A stretch of DNA of 64,000 nucleotides, taken from positions 448,001-512,000 of the forward strand of contig CAVOUE010000005.1 in assembly GCA_963699545.1 (NCBI GenBank), read 5' to 3'. This DNA comes from Nitrospirota bacterium. Its GTDB lineage: Bacteria > Nitrospirota > Thermodesulfovibrionia > Thermodesulfovibrionales > UBA9159. Positions 49,919 to 59,262 of this stretch are shown in pieces; within the stretch, counting starts at the first letter, position 1, and every line of letters begins with the position of its first letter. The notes below the pieces were generated by a model. The model made no database searches, was not told where the DNA came from, and was given only the letters and a program-made list of their open reading frames with translations. A program made the position numbers and the translations under genes.

Positions 49919-50722
49919 ATGGTAAAGATCGCTGTGGCAGGGGCCATGGGGAGAATGGGAAACAGGATCGCCGCCCTTTCAAAGGAATATGAAGCCATAA
50001 AGCTCACAGGTGCTTTCGAAAGGAAAGGGCATAAGGATATGGGCAAGGATATCGGGATCCTTGCAGGTATCGGGGAAACGTGTGTCATCCTTGAGGACAG
50101 CATCGAAAAGACCGTTGAGGCAACGGATGTGGTCATTGACTTCACACGCACCGACTCAACCATGGAACACCTCCGGACCGCGTCTGCAAAAGGAAAGGCA
50201 ATGGTCATAGGGACCACGGGGTTCACGAAAGAACAGCTCGGCGAGATAGGGGCACTCGCAAAGAATATCCCCTGCGTGATGGCATCAAATATGAGCCTGG
50301 GAGTCAACCTTTTATTGAAGGTCCTGCAGGATGTGGCCAGGGTCCTGGGCGATGAGTATGACATAGAGATCATCGAAGCACACCACAGGATGAAAAAGGA
50401 CGCTCCCAGCGGCACCGCCATGAAGATGGCGCAGGTGATCGCCGAGGCGGTGAACAGGAACCTCGATGAAGTGGCGATCTACGCGAGAAAAGGAATAATA
50501 GGGGAACGGACAAAAAAAGAGATAGGCATCCAGACCATCCGCGCAGGGGATATCGTGGGTGAGCACACAGTCCTCTTCGGAGGGCTGGGTGAGAGGATAG
50601 AGATCACCCACAAGGCGTCCAGCAGGGATACCTTTGCCCGCGGTGCGTTGAAGGCGGCCATATGGGTCCATGGCAAAACAGCCGGACTTTATGATATGCA
50701 GGATGTGCTGGGGTTGAAGTGA
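49919..50722 (+). CDS. dapB: 4-hydroxy-tetrahydrodipicolinate reductase
   Basis: GAMGRMG, IGTTG, EAHHRMKKDAPSGTA. Confidence 0.97.
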   Translation: MVKIAVAGAMGRMGNRIAALSKEYEAIKLTGAFERKGHKDMGKDIGILAGIGETCVILEDSIEKTVEATDVVIDFTRTDSTMEHLRTASAKGKAMVIGTTGFTKEQLGEIGALAKNIPCVMASNMSLGVNLLLKVLQDVARVLGDEYDIEIIEAHHRMKKDAPSGTAMKMAQVIAEAVNRNLDEVAIYARKGIIGERTKKEIGIQTIRAGDIVGEHTVLFGGLGERIEITHKASSRDTFARGALKAAIWVHGKTAGLYDMQDVLGLK

Positions 50723-51072
50723 CAAATAAAAGAATTAATCAGTTAGATTGATTGGTCCTTCGCAACCTGAAAGGACCATAAAAGCTTCCCCTGTTCCCCT
50801 GGCGGAAGTGTAGGATTATGACAGGCGCAACGTTTGCGCTTCACCTGAGAACCAACACTTAGGATGAAATGTCAAAGATATCGATTTCTGGTAGAAATAT
50901 AGCATTTTTTGGTATTATGGGGACGGAAGGGAGCAGAACGTCTTCCTTTCAACGGTGACCGGGTAAGCAACCTCAAAACAGACATCCTGAAATCGTTACC
51001 GTGTTGCTTCCGTGACGTGCGGGTTTTTCCAGGTCGTGGGGACAGACGTTGCGAGGATGAGGTACTAAGCTA

Positions 51073-52335
51073 TTGAGACAAAAGGGCGTAAACACTAAAG
51101 ACGGAACTTTCAAAGAAAGCTTCAAGGATATTCAGTTTCGTCCCATTCATCCGTTTCCGGCTCGTATGACACCATCAATCGCATGGGACAGCCTGACGAA
51201 CTGTAGTCGAAAGCCCCTGAAAGTTCTCGATCCGATGACGGGATCAGGTACAACAGCTGTTGTCGCTAAATCCCTTGGGCACACCGTTATCGGCTTCGAC
51301 ACAGATCCCTTGGCGGTCTTGATAGCAAATACCTGGTGCACTGAAATTGATGGGGATAAATTATTAGAAAAAGCCTCTGAAGTATTGGACAGGGCGATAG
51401 AACGTTGCAGCCATTTACCTCTACGCGAAGCATACCCTCGACAGGCTGACGCCGAGACCCGCGCTTTCATGAGATATTGGTTCGATAGTTGTAATCGTCG
51501 GCAGCTCGCAGTATTAGCTGAGGCAATTTCACGGCTGCACGACAGAGCACTTAAGACTGCATTGTGGTGCGCCTTTTCGCGACTTATAATTACCAAGAAA
51601 ATCGGCGTATCTCTTGCTATGGACATATCTCACAGTCGGCCTCATCGGGTCTATGACAAAGCACCGATTAAGCCTTTTGACAAATTCTTAGCATCTGTTG
51701 AAACAATTTCAAGGAGATTACCGTTCACAAAGAATGGAAGCAGCTTGCCTGACGCGAGTATTCGATTAGGGGATGCCCGTAAGCTCCCCGTTAATGATCG
51801 AAGTATAGATATTGTCATCACCTCACCTCCTTATCTTAACGCTATTGATTACCTGAGGGGACATAAGTTATCTCTGATTTGGAACGGATATTCCCTCAAA
51901 GACCTCCGGCAAATTCGATCATCAAACGTCGGTGCTGAAAACTCTCTATCGGAGAATCATCTCAAAGATTGTGTTCACCACATTCTGGCAGAGATGGGAG
52001 CGGTTGAAAGGTTACCAGCACGAATAAGAGGCATTCTAAGAAGATATGTCCATGACATGGATTCAGTGCTCGGAGAAATAAGCCGCGTACTGAATATTCG
52101 AGGCCACGCAGTGGTAGTCATTGGTGATTCAACCATAAAGGGCACGTTCATCCAAAATTCGAAAGCACTGACTCTTCTTGGAAGACGACACGGTCTAAAC
52201 CTACAGTCTATTAGACGAAGAGAATTACAGGACAATCGGCGTTATCTTCCACCACCAACTTCAGTTGCCGCAGGTTCACAATTGCAGGGCCGAATGAGAG
52301 AGGAAGTTATAATGACTTTCAGCCTTTGTGCATAG
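51073..52335 (+). CDS. Amino-DNA methyltransferase (likely N4-cytosine)
   Basis: IHPFPARM, LDPMTGSGTT (motif I), ITSPPY (motif IV). Confidence 0.85.
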   Translation: MRQKGVNTKDGTFKESFKDIQFRPIHPFPARMTPSIAWDSLTNCSRKPLKVLDPMTGSGTTAVVAKSLGHTVIGFDTDPLAVLIANTWCTEIDGDKLLEKASEVLDRAIERCSHLPLREAYPRQADAETRAFMRYWFDSCNRRQLAVLAEAISRLHDRALKTALWCAFSRLIITKKIGVSLAMDISHSRPHRVYDKAPIKPFDKFLASVETISRRLPFTKNGSSLPDASIRLGDARKLPVNDRSIDIVITSPPYLNAIDYLRGHKLSLIWNGYSLKDLRQIRSSNVGAENSLSENHLKDCVHHILAEMGAVERLPARIRGILRRYVHDMDSVLGEISRVLNIRGHAVVVIGDSTIKGTFIQNSKALTLLGRRHGLNLQSIRRRELQDNRRYLPPPTSVAAGSQLQGRMREEVIMTFSLCA

Positions 52336-52420
52336 AACAGCGAGGCTCTGATCAATGATTATTATAATGGGTACGATATATGAGCGATGGGTAAATATTA
52401 AATAGGGACGAAAGACCTAA

Positions 52421-53047
52421 GTGCCAACAGAAGAATGGCTTGATGAAATACATGAACGACTCTTAGCAGACGACCCAGTTGCGCCGGCTGAACTCGCTGA
52501 AAACATCTTAGATATCCTCATAAAAAAACTTTCTGCAAGGTATTACTATCTCAATGATCCAGCCATAGTTATTGATGCAGTCAGTGACGCCATTCTTAGC
52601 TACATCAAGAATCCAAGACAGTTTAATCCGTCAAAAAGAGGACTTTTGGGCTATCTGCAGATGGCTGCTGAAGGTGACCTAAAAAATGCCCTCTCGAAGA
52701 TAAGCCGGCGCAACAAGAAAGAATTAATAAGCGATGATGTCGAACTTACCCTATTGGGTGGGAATATATCATTAAGAAAAGGATTTACTCATAACGATGC
52801 GATCTCCTCTGAGGATAAGCAAAACCTCAAGAAAGTGCGTGGTGCTATCAGCACATTGTTCAAGGACACGAAAGACCTGAAGATTGCAGAAATGATTATA
52901 GAAGGAGAAAGATCAACCCCGGCTTTCGCGACAGTCCTTGGCTTGCAAGGACTGAGCATTGAAGGGCAAAAAAGAGAAGTGAAACAGCACAAAGATCGTA
53001 TTAAGAAATGCCTGGAGCGTTATTTGAAAGGTAGCCATGAAAAATAA
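52421..53047 (+). CDS. Divergent ECF-like sigma-70 factor
   Basis: Sigma2-like DAVSDAILSY...FNPSKRGLLGYL...DLKN; sigma4-like C-terminal helix VKQHKDRIKKCL; no sigma3. Confidence 0.6.
   Translation: MPTEEWLDEIHERLLADDPVAPAELAENILDILIKKLSARYYYLNDPAIVIDAVSDAILSYIKNPRQFNPSKRGLLGYLQMAAEGDLKNALSKISRRNKKELISDDVELTLLGGNISLRKGFTHNDAISSEDKQNLKKVRGAISTLFKDTKDLKIAEMIIEGERSTPAFATVLGLQGLSIEGQKREVKQHKDRIKKCLERYLKGSHEK
52738..52768 (+). promoter_or_regulatory. Promoter-like motif copy 1, inside the sigma gene
   Basis: TGTCGAACTT-accctattgggt-GGGAATATA; 27/31 identical to 54217-54247. Confidence 0.6.
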
Positions 53048-53459
53048 ATACAGCTCTGACTTGATAGAACAACTTGCTTTCCGTGCAAGTAATGACATGT
53101 TTTTTCTTGGTAATATTATTGCTGACTTCAAAGCTCTTAATAAACTCAGCGGCTTGGATATGTCTGATTTCCTTGAATGCTCTCCCGATGCTATAAAAAG
53201 ACTCGCTTTATGTCGTCTGCCTGATGATCGAGACGAGCGGTTTAGGGATGACATCAATCGTATCTCAGGTTATGTGAAATGCAATGCCGATAAACTTATT
53301 ACCCTCATCCGCCAAGTGAATACTTTAAGAACCTTGCGTGGAGAAAGCGCAAAACATGCTGCGTCAAGTTTGCTAATGGCAGCCCGTGATCGTCGCCCCG
53401 AGAAGCAGACCAGGCGTAAGCATAAGAAATCTTCAAAAGATGAAGAAGAGACCACATGA
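53037..53459 (+). CDS. Small HTH-like protein, candidate regulator or peptidase substrate
   Basis: Coupled to both neighbours; LSGLDMSDFLECSPDAIKRL resembles an XRE HTH; LLMAARDR near the C-terminus. Confidence 0.6.
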   Translation: MKNKYSSDLIEQLAFRASNDMFFLGNIIADFKALNKLSGLDMSDFLECSPDAIKRLALCRLPDDRDERFRDDINRISGYVKCNADKLITLIRQVNTLRTLRGESAKHAASSLLMAARDRRPEKQTRRKHKKSSKDEEETT

Positions 53460-54214
53460 TGTTTGATAAAGAGATCGTTCGTTGTGCCGAGAAATTCTGG
53501 CGACTTGTCGGAAAGTACGAACCTTTTCCCCGCGCACTTGAGGCCCCGATATTATGGGCACTGCCTGTTGCCATTGTGAAACTGCCGCATCTTGGTTTGA
53601 AAGAAATCCAACAGTGGCTTGTGGAGCGCAACATTGTACTGGACTTCAGGACACCAAGTCGCGCAGTACGAGCTTGTCTCATTGCCAAAGCTGGTAAAGG
53701 AATTATTTTTCTTGATGGATGCGATACAAGTGACGAACAGCGCTTATCTTTGGCTCACGAGCTGGCACATTATTTAAAGGATTACTTAGAACCTCGCGAG
53801 AAAGCCCTTAAAACCTTCGGCGAAACAATCAATGAAGTTCTCGATGCTATCAGGCCTCCCACTCCAACAGAACGGCTGGCTGGAATTCTTAAGAGTGTGC
53901 CAATAGGAATATTTACAGATCTCATAGAAAGATCATCGGCAGGCGATATTCACCGCATGGCTATTCTGGAAGCAGAAGATTTTGCAGATCAGCTTGCAAT
54001 TGAGCTCTTGGCTCCAAATAAAGTAGTTGTTCGCCACTTGGAAGCTCAGGGGATTGTCTGGAAAAGTGATAATGCAAATGATTTATGTTGTCATATGCTG
54101 ATGGCTGTTTTTGGCCTTCCTGCCGATGTAGCAAAGGAATATAGCGATATGCTGATTATGGCTGGGAGCCAACCGAAATCATTTAGAGAATGGCTTGGGG
54201 TTCGGTCAGTATGA
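53456..54214 (+). CDS. ImmA/IrrE family metallo-endopeptidase
   Basis: QRLSLAHELAH (HExxH) and EDFADQLAIELLAP. Confidence 0.88.
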   Translation: MMFDKEIVRCAEKFWRLVGKYEPFPRALEAPILWALPVAIVKLPHLGLKEIQQWLVERNIVLDFRTPSRAVRACLIAKAGKGIIFLDGCDTSDEQRLSLAHELAHYLKDYLEPREKALKTFGETINEVLDAIRPPTPTERLAGILKSVPIGIFTDLIERSSAGDIHRMAILEAEDFADQLAIELLAPNKVVVRHLEAQGIVWKSDNANDLCCHMLMAVFGLPADVAKEYSDMLIMAGSQPKSFREWLGVRSV

Positions 54215-54216
54215 TT

Positions 54217-54247
54217 TGTCGAACTTAGTCTATAGGGCGGGAATATA
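54217..54247 (+). promoter_or_regulatory. Promoter-like motif copy 2, upstream of nurA-herA
   Basis: TGTCGAACTT-agtctatagggc-GGGAATATA, ~36 nt before the TTG start with AAGGAG RBS. Confidence 0.65.
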
Positions 54248-54283
54248 ATTGCAGAGAGCAAAATTTGCTATAAGGAGAATGAG

Positions 54284-55516
54284 TTGGAAATAGAAGACAA
54301 GAGGTCAGGGCAAGAGCAGGATGCAGATGAATCAAACCTGATGCCCATTTCAGAAAGTGACTACGAGATAGCAACAGGAGAACCCCTGTCCAAAACGCTA
54401 GATCTTGATACATGGCATCCGGGTGAAGACCTTGTCGAAATGTATAACCGCCTGAGACAAGAAATTGCAGATGCAGTAAAAGATGAAAAACGATTTCAAG
54501 AACAGATTCGAGAGCAAATATTTCCAATGCTGCGCACAAGACAGGATGCGCCCCCTGGTGCAGGCGTTTATAAAGTAACTGCAGATCAGTTACAAGACGT
54601 GCATCAAAAACTACTTTTTAACGGTGGGGTTGAGGCTTGCGATGGGACGGTTGTGCCTTATGACACCTTGCCCGTTACTATAACTCAAATAGGCGTCTGT
54701 TTAGTATCTTACAGAGGTGATCAGGGATCATGGGTTCATAGAGTATTTCGGAGGGATTTGAGAACAACTGGAAAGAATCCCATAGAAGAGACACTTAATC
54801 TCCTTGACCGCCGCCATCAACGCGGGGCAGTTGATCAGCAAAGCACGCGCGATCAGCTAAGCAGTCTTACACAGAGGGGAATCATGGCATATGCCGAGCG
54901 AGCTGTATTACTTGAAAAGTCACAGGCTGTTTGGCGAATGGGCCATGGCAATCCTACACCCTACGAGTTAGTAGCAGGTTCAGGGATGCCTGAGCTCTTA
55001 AAAGCCAGCTTGCCGCTCATGAGTCGCTTGGTTTTGGAACATAAGAAATTTGTTTATATCGCTAATAGAATTTCTGCTCGCGATTTAGTTACGATCGGGA
55101 ATGCATTACCCCCACTGCATTATGCAATCGTAGATACCAATGAAAGTATGTTAAAGAAGATTCTCTTGCGTGGTCACTATAGGGGGACTGTATGGGGGCC
55201 CCTCGGCGATGCTGTTCGCGATTTTGTGGGTGAGTGCGGCTCTAAGATTATCTGTGGCCTATATCGCGCGTCAAACTTCTCGCCATGTCAGGTTTTTTAC
55301 GCCCATGTTGATCATGCTCATGAAGCAGCGTTAATTGCCATCGCTGATAGTGTACTTCAGGAACATAGAGGGTTTCCCATGCTTATTGACCTGGCTGATG
55401 GCCTTTGCAGCACACTCTTCGGACCTGACATATTTTCTGCTTCGATTCAAATGGCATATGCTGAGGCCAATGAGCCTTTCCGTTATATGGCGGAAAGAAA
55501 GACTCGCAATCGTTAA
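54284..55516 (+). CDS. NurA-like (RNase H/PIWI fold) nuclease
   Basis: VEACDGT followed by beta strands, AER helix, C-terminal RGFPMLIDLAD; directly upstream of HerA. Confidence 0.65.
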   Translation: MEIEDKRSGQEQDADESNLMPISESDYEIATGEPLSKTLDLDTWHPGEDLVEMYNRLRQEIADAVKDEKRFQEQIREQIFPMLRTRQDAPPGAGVYKVTADQLQDVHQKLLFNGGVEACDGTVVPYDTLPVTITQIGVCLVSYRGDQGSWVHRVFRRDLRTTGKNPIEETLNLLDRRHQRGAVDQQSTRDQLSSLTQRGIMAYAERAVLLEKSQAVWRMGHGNPTPYELVAGSGMPELLKASLPLMSRLVLEHKKFVYIANRISARDLVTIGNALPPLHYAIVDTNESMLKKILLRGHYRGTVWGPLGDAVRDFVGECGSKIICGLYRASNFSPCQVFYAHVDHAHEAALIAIADSVLQEHRGFPMLIDLADGLCSTLFGPDIFSASIQMAYAEANEPFRYMAERKTRNR

Positions 55517-55530
55517 GGAGGTATAACCAC

Positions 55531-57345
55531 ATGGAGAATAGAGATGGAATTCTGAACACACCGGAGGAAGCTTTTAAAGCAATTGATGAGGACAGTGAGC
55601 GGGCAGGAGGACCATGGACACCTCCCGCAGACTTCGATGGCAGTATTGGCAGGACAATGTTTGATACTCCATCCAGCAAGGACGGAACCGTAACCGTTCT
55701 TATGCCTAATGAGAATATTGATGCTCTCCCCAGTCAGGCCTTAGTAAGAATAAAGAGTGAAAACCGCATCTATCTCGGAGCTGTGATAGAAGGACCTTTT
55801 GCCGAACCGGATGGACTTCGAGCTGATGCTACGCCAATGGTTATTTCAATAGTAAAGGGCGGTTTGCTTATACCGAAATACCATGGAAGAGTCCAGGTTG
55901 AAATCATAGGTGAGAAATTAGAAGGTGGTGCAATTGTTCCACCACGTCGTAGGCCAAAGCCTAATAGCCCTGTATTTCCTCTTGATGCTGCTGAAACAGC
56001 TGAGGTTCTTCGTATAGACGGGAACATGAGACTCGGCCTTGCAGATGGTTTTGATGATCTCGCTCTAAATATTCAGTCGGACAAGAAAAGTGTCTTTCCA
56101 CGGCATTTGGGAATTCTGGGAACTACTGGTGGCGGCAAATCGACAACGGTCTCCGGATTAGTTGATAAGGCTCAAAGACGGGGAATGTCAGTCATTCTCA
56201 TAGACACGGAGGGAGAATATTCCACCATAAATGAGCCAACAACCAACAAAGATATGATCGAGGCATTGTTACGTCAAAAACTAGAGCCTGCAAGCGTAGA
56301 AAATACACATGTTCATCATTTGGTTGGTCGCGAAACTGCAAATCCTCAACACCCGAGGGTATCTCCTTTTTCGTTGCGTTTTAGTGAACTATCTCCTTAT
56401 TCTGTTAAAGAAATTCTTGCAATTGAGGAAGAAGCGCAGGAGCGACGTTTTCTTAAGGCGTATGATATAACGAAAGCTGCATTAGAAAAATTCAAAATAT
56501 GGCCTCGAAATAAAGAAGAGCAAACAATGCTTGTTGAACTTGACGAGCTTGAGACAGGATATCCGATGATGACCTTAACACATTTATACGATGTAATTAG
56601 ACAGATTTCCGCAATGATTGGGGATGAGGATGATCCTTATCTTGTCACGCCTATTTTTAATCAAAATCGTGACGAATTAAAAAAAATCATAAAGAGCATG
56701 AAACCCGAGGCTCATAAATTTAGTTGGTGGTCGTTGCAAGGCAAATTGGGAAAGATTTATCGGTTAAAGATTTTTGATACACCTCAAGTTCCATCATTAG
56801 ACTATGAGGCAATGCTCCAACCAGGTCGAGTCTCGATCTTGGATCTCAGCGATACAGATTCTCCACAAGTGAATAATCTAGTTATTGCTCAACTTCTCCG
56901 TGGAGTTCAAAGTCAACAAGAGGAAAACTATAAAAAGGCAGTGGCAGAAAATCGTCAACCGACGCCAACTGTAATTTTTATCGAAGAAGCCCATGAATTT
57001 CTCTCAGTGCAGCGCATTAATAAGATGCAAATGTTATTTCAGCAGGTCGCTCGTATAGCTCGCCGTGGCCGGAAACGCTGGCTTGGTCTTGTATTCGTGA
57101 CACAGTTACCACAACACCTGCCTGATGAGGTTTTAGGACTCATAAATAACTGGATACTTCACAAGATCAGTGACACTGCTGTGATTACACGACTTAAGAA
57201 ATCGATTGGTGGCATTAATGAAGGGCTTTGGCGGCAGTTGCCGTCACTTGCTCCAGGACAGGCAGTCGTATCTTTTACGACGCAGGCTCGACCTCTCTTG
57301 GTGACTATAGATCCAACACCATGCCAACTTCTCATGGTGGAGTAA
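55531..57345 (+). CDS. HerA/FtsK family ATPase (DUF87) with N-terminal beta-barrel
   Basis: RHLGILGTTGGGKS, IDTEGEY, IEEAHEF, IARRGRK, VTQLP. Confidence 0.92.
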   Translation: MENRDGILNTPEEAFKAIDEDSERAGGPWTPPADFDGSIGRTMFDTPSSKDGTVTVLMPNENIDALPSQALVRIKSENRIYLGAVIEGPFAEPDGLRADATPMVISIVKGGLLIPKYHGRVQVEIIGEKLEGGAIVPPRRRPKPNSPVFPLDAAETAEVLRIDGNMRLGLADGFDDLALNIQSDKKSVFPRHLGILGTTGGGKSTTVSGLVDKAQRRGMSVILIDTEGEYSTINEPTTNKDMIEALLRQKLEPASVENTHVHHLVGRETANPQHPRVSPFSLRFSELSPYSVKEILAIEEEAQERRFLKAYDITKAALEKFKIWPRNKEEQTMLVELDELETGYPMMTLTHLYDVIRQISAMIGDEDDPYLVTPIFNQNRDELKKIIKSMKPEAHKFSWWSLQGKLGKIYRLKIFDTPQVPSLDYEAMLQPGRVSILDLSDTDSPQVNNLVIAQLLRGVQSQQEENYKKAVAENRQPTPTVIFIEEAHEFLSVQRINKMQMLFQQVARIARRGRKRWLGLVFVTQLPQHLPDEVLGLINNWILHKISDTAVITRLKKSIGGINEGLWRQLPSLAPGQAVVSFTTQARPLLVTIDPTPCQLLMVE

Positions 57346-57356
57346 AGTGAGGAATA

Positions 57357-57812
57357 ATGATGGATGCAAATAGACAAATACTTTATACAATTGGTTTTAC
57401 TGGAAAAAGCGCTGAGGAGTTTTTCTCGCTCTTGAAAAAAGCCGGGGTCAAGATTCTACTGGATATCAGGCTCAACAATGTCTCTCAGCTTGCCGGTTTT
57501 ACTAAGGGGAAAGACCTATCTTACTTTGTTCGGGCGATACTGGACGGCCAGTATTATCACATGACCGACCTTGCACCGACGAAAGAACTACTGAAAAAAT
57601 ATCAGGCAGATAAGGACTGGCAGAGTTATGAAAAAGAGTTTCTGTCTCTCTTGGAAAAGCGAAATGCAGAGGCTAAGATTAAACCTGAACTCCTCAAAGG
57701 GCCTACGGTTCTGCTCTGCAGTGAAAAGACGGCCGAAAAATGCCACCGCCGGCTTACCGCCGAATATTTGCAGAAAAAAATGTTGGCAGATTACACAATA
57801 GAGCACCTGTAG
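57357..57812 (+). CDS. DUF488 family protein
   Basis: LYTIGFT, LLDIRL, LAPT, LLCSE...CHR. Confidence 0.9.
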   Translation: MMDANRQILYTIGFTGKSAEEFFSLLKKAGVKILLDIRLNNVSQLAGFTKGKDLSYFVRAILDGQYYHMTDLAPTKELLKKYQADKDWQSYEKEFLSLLEKRNAEAKIKPELLKGPTVLLCSEKTAEKCHRRLTAEYLQKKMLADYTIEHL

Positions 57813-57817
57813 GGACT

Positions 57818-58543
57818 ATGCTTAAAAAGACACTCATAATTACCGACGTTACCAAAATGAGCGACGATAATGTTTGCATCGCCGGATATGACGACACTTT
57901 GACATGCATACGGCCCGTGCTGTCCAGAGGGCAGCTTAGGAAAAAGAATCTCTTTAAGGACGGTGAACTTATCATCTTCCCCGGTGCAAAGGTTGCGTTT
58001 ATTCTCAGCTCTGGAATATCTCAGCCGCCTCATGTTGAGGATATCATTTTCGAAGAAACCTCTATTGCAAGCATGAGAAGGGTATCAGTGAGAGAATGGA
58101 AGGAAATCTTAACACGGACTGCCACACAAAACGTTGGTGAACTCTTCAGTTATATTGAGGATCGCTGCGTGCCTCCTGGATCACCGGGGCCTTCGATCGG
58201 CACAATTCTGCCGGCTGAGATACCGACTCTCAGCTGTGATTATTACAAAGATCCTCCGCGCCCAAGAATGAGATTTGTTGATCAAGGTGGTATCATAAAG
58301 AACAATGTCCCGATAACCGACCTTGCATTTCGTAATATGTTTGATTTCTATCTGGCGAAGTATAAAGGCGACTGCGAAAAAACCGTAAAGCTTTTAAACA
58401 ATAAATTGGCGGACCATGATATATATCTTCGTCTCGGCCTGTCACGTTCCTTTCGAGGCTGTTGCTGGCTTCAAGTAAACGGAATCCATACATTTCCTGA
58501 TCTTTATGACAGAGATTATTGTGATTGGATACAGTTAGATTAG
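57818..58543 (+). CDS. Dual OB-fold domain protein
   Basis: VTKM...VCIAG...IRPV, PPHVED, ITD, LRLGLSR; start re-set to ATG 57818. Confidence 0.65.
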   Translation: MLKKTLIITDVTKMSDDNVCIAGYDDTLTCIRPVLSRGQLRKKNLFKDGELIIFPGAKVAFILSSGISQPPHVEDIIFEETSIASMRRVSVREWKEILTRTATQNVGELFSYIEDRCVPPGSPGPSIGTILPAEIPTLSCDYYKDPPRPRMRFVDQGGIIKNNVPITDLAFRNMFDFYLAKYKGDCEKTVKLLNNKLADHDIYLRLGLSRSFRGCCWLQVNGIHTFPDLYDRDYCDWIQLD

Positions 58544-58971
58544 AATAGATTTTGCTGCCGTTCAACAAGAAGCGGGTAGTCTTTGTCTCTGGTCTCTACT
58601 TCAGCTTCCTTAACCGGCAAGGGACGTTCACCTTCATTAATGACATTGACCCCGACTTTTTCACCCAATTTGATGAGAAAGTCTGCAAGCAGATAACGAT
58701 GGCAGTGGTCATCAGCCCGGCAGTAACAAAGAAGTGTTAAAACGCCTTTTTCGAGGATATCGTGCCATGCCTTTTGATTGCGCTTATAGCTTTGAAGCAT
58801 CAATTCACGGTAACGCTGCGAGTAGGTATCCCAACTTATTTCGCCTGCTTTCCACGCCTGCACGATATTCCAGGTAGGTGCAAAATTAATATCTCCACTT
58901 TTCACCGTGACATCATAGGCATCTTCGCCTTTATATTTCCCGATTTGGGCTGTATAAAGATGCAGTTCCAT
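58540..58971 (-). CDS. DUF488-like protein (second, divergent subfamily)
   Basis: FAPTW, ISWDTYSQRY, LTLLCYC...CHR. Confidence 0.75.
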   Translation of the reverse strand: MELHLYTAQIGKYKGEDAYDVTVKSGDINFAPTWNIVQAWKAGEISWDTYSQRYRELMLQSYKRNQKAWHDILEKGVLTLLCYCRADDHCHRYLLADFLIKLGEKVGVNVINEGERPLPVKEAEVETRDKDYPLLVERQQNLF

Positions 58972-59262
58972 GACTGACTATAGTATAACAACTGGCAATC
59001 TGTTTTTGTATCCTCTTTTTTTGCTTCAAACCGGGGGGGCTTGGCAGAGCGTTGCTGAGGCTCTCATTTCCCGCAAGGCGTGGCACCAGTTTGGAAAAGC
59101 TCAGTAATTGGCTTTCAAACGTGACGTTTTCCAACTCGAAACCGTCGGTCTTGAAGCCTTATATTAGTACTGTGAGAACTCAAAACCATTTGCACTCGCC
59201 ACCTATTGATCTCGCAGCGGGGATAAGGGCAGTTACGTTCCAACGTCTTATGAAGGAAGTCG

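Noticed and set aside
50825-50850. GCGCAACGTTTGCGCTTCACCTG resembling the left half of an attC site at the island edge
   Set aside because: No matching right half or GTT box; too short to support.
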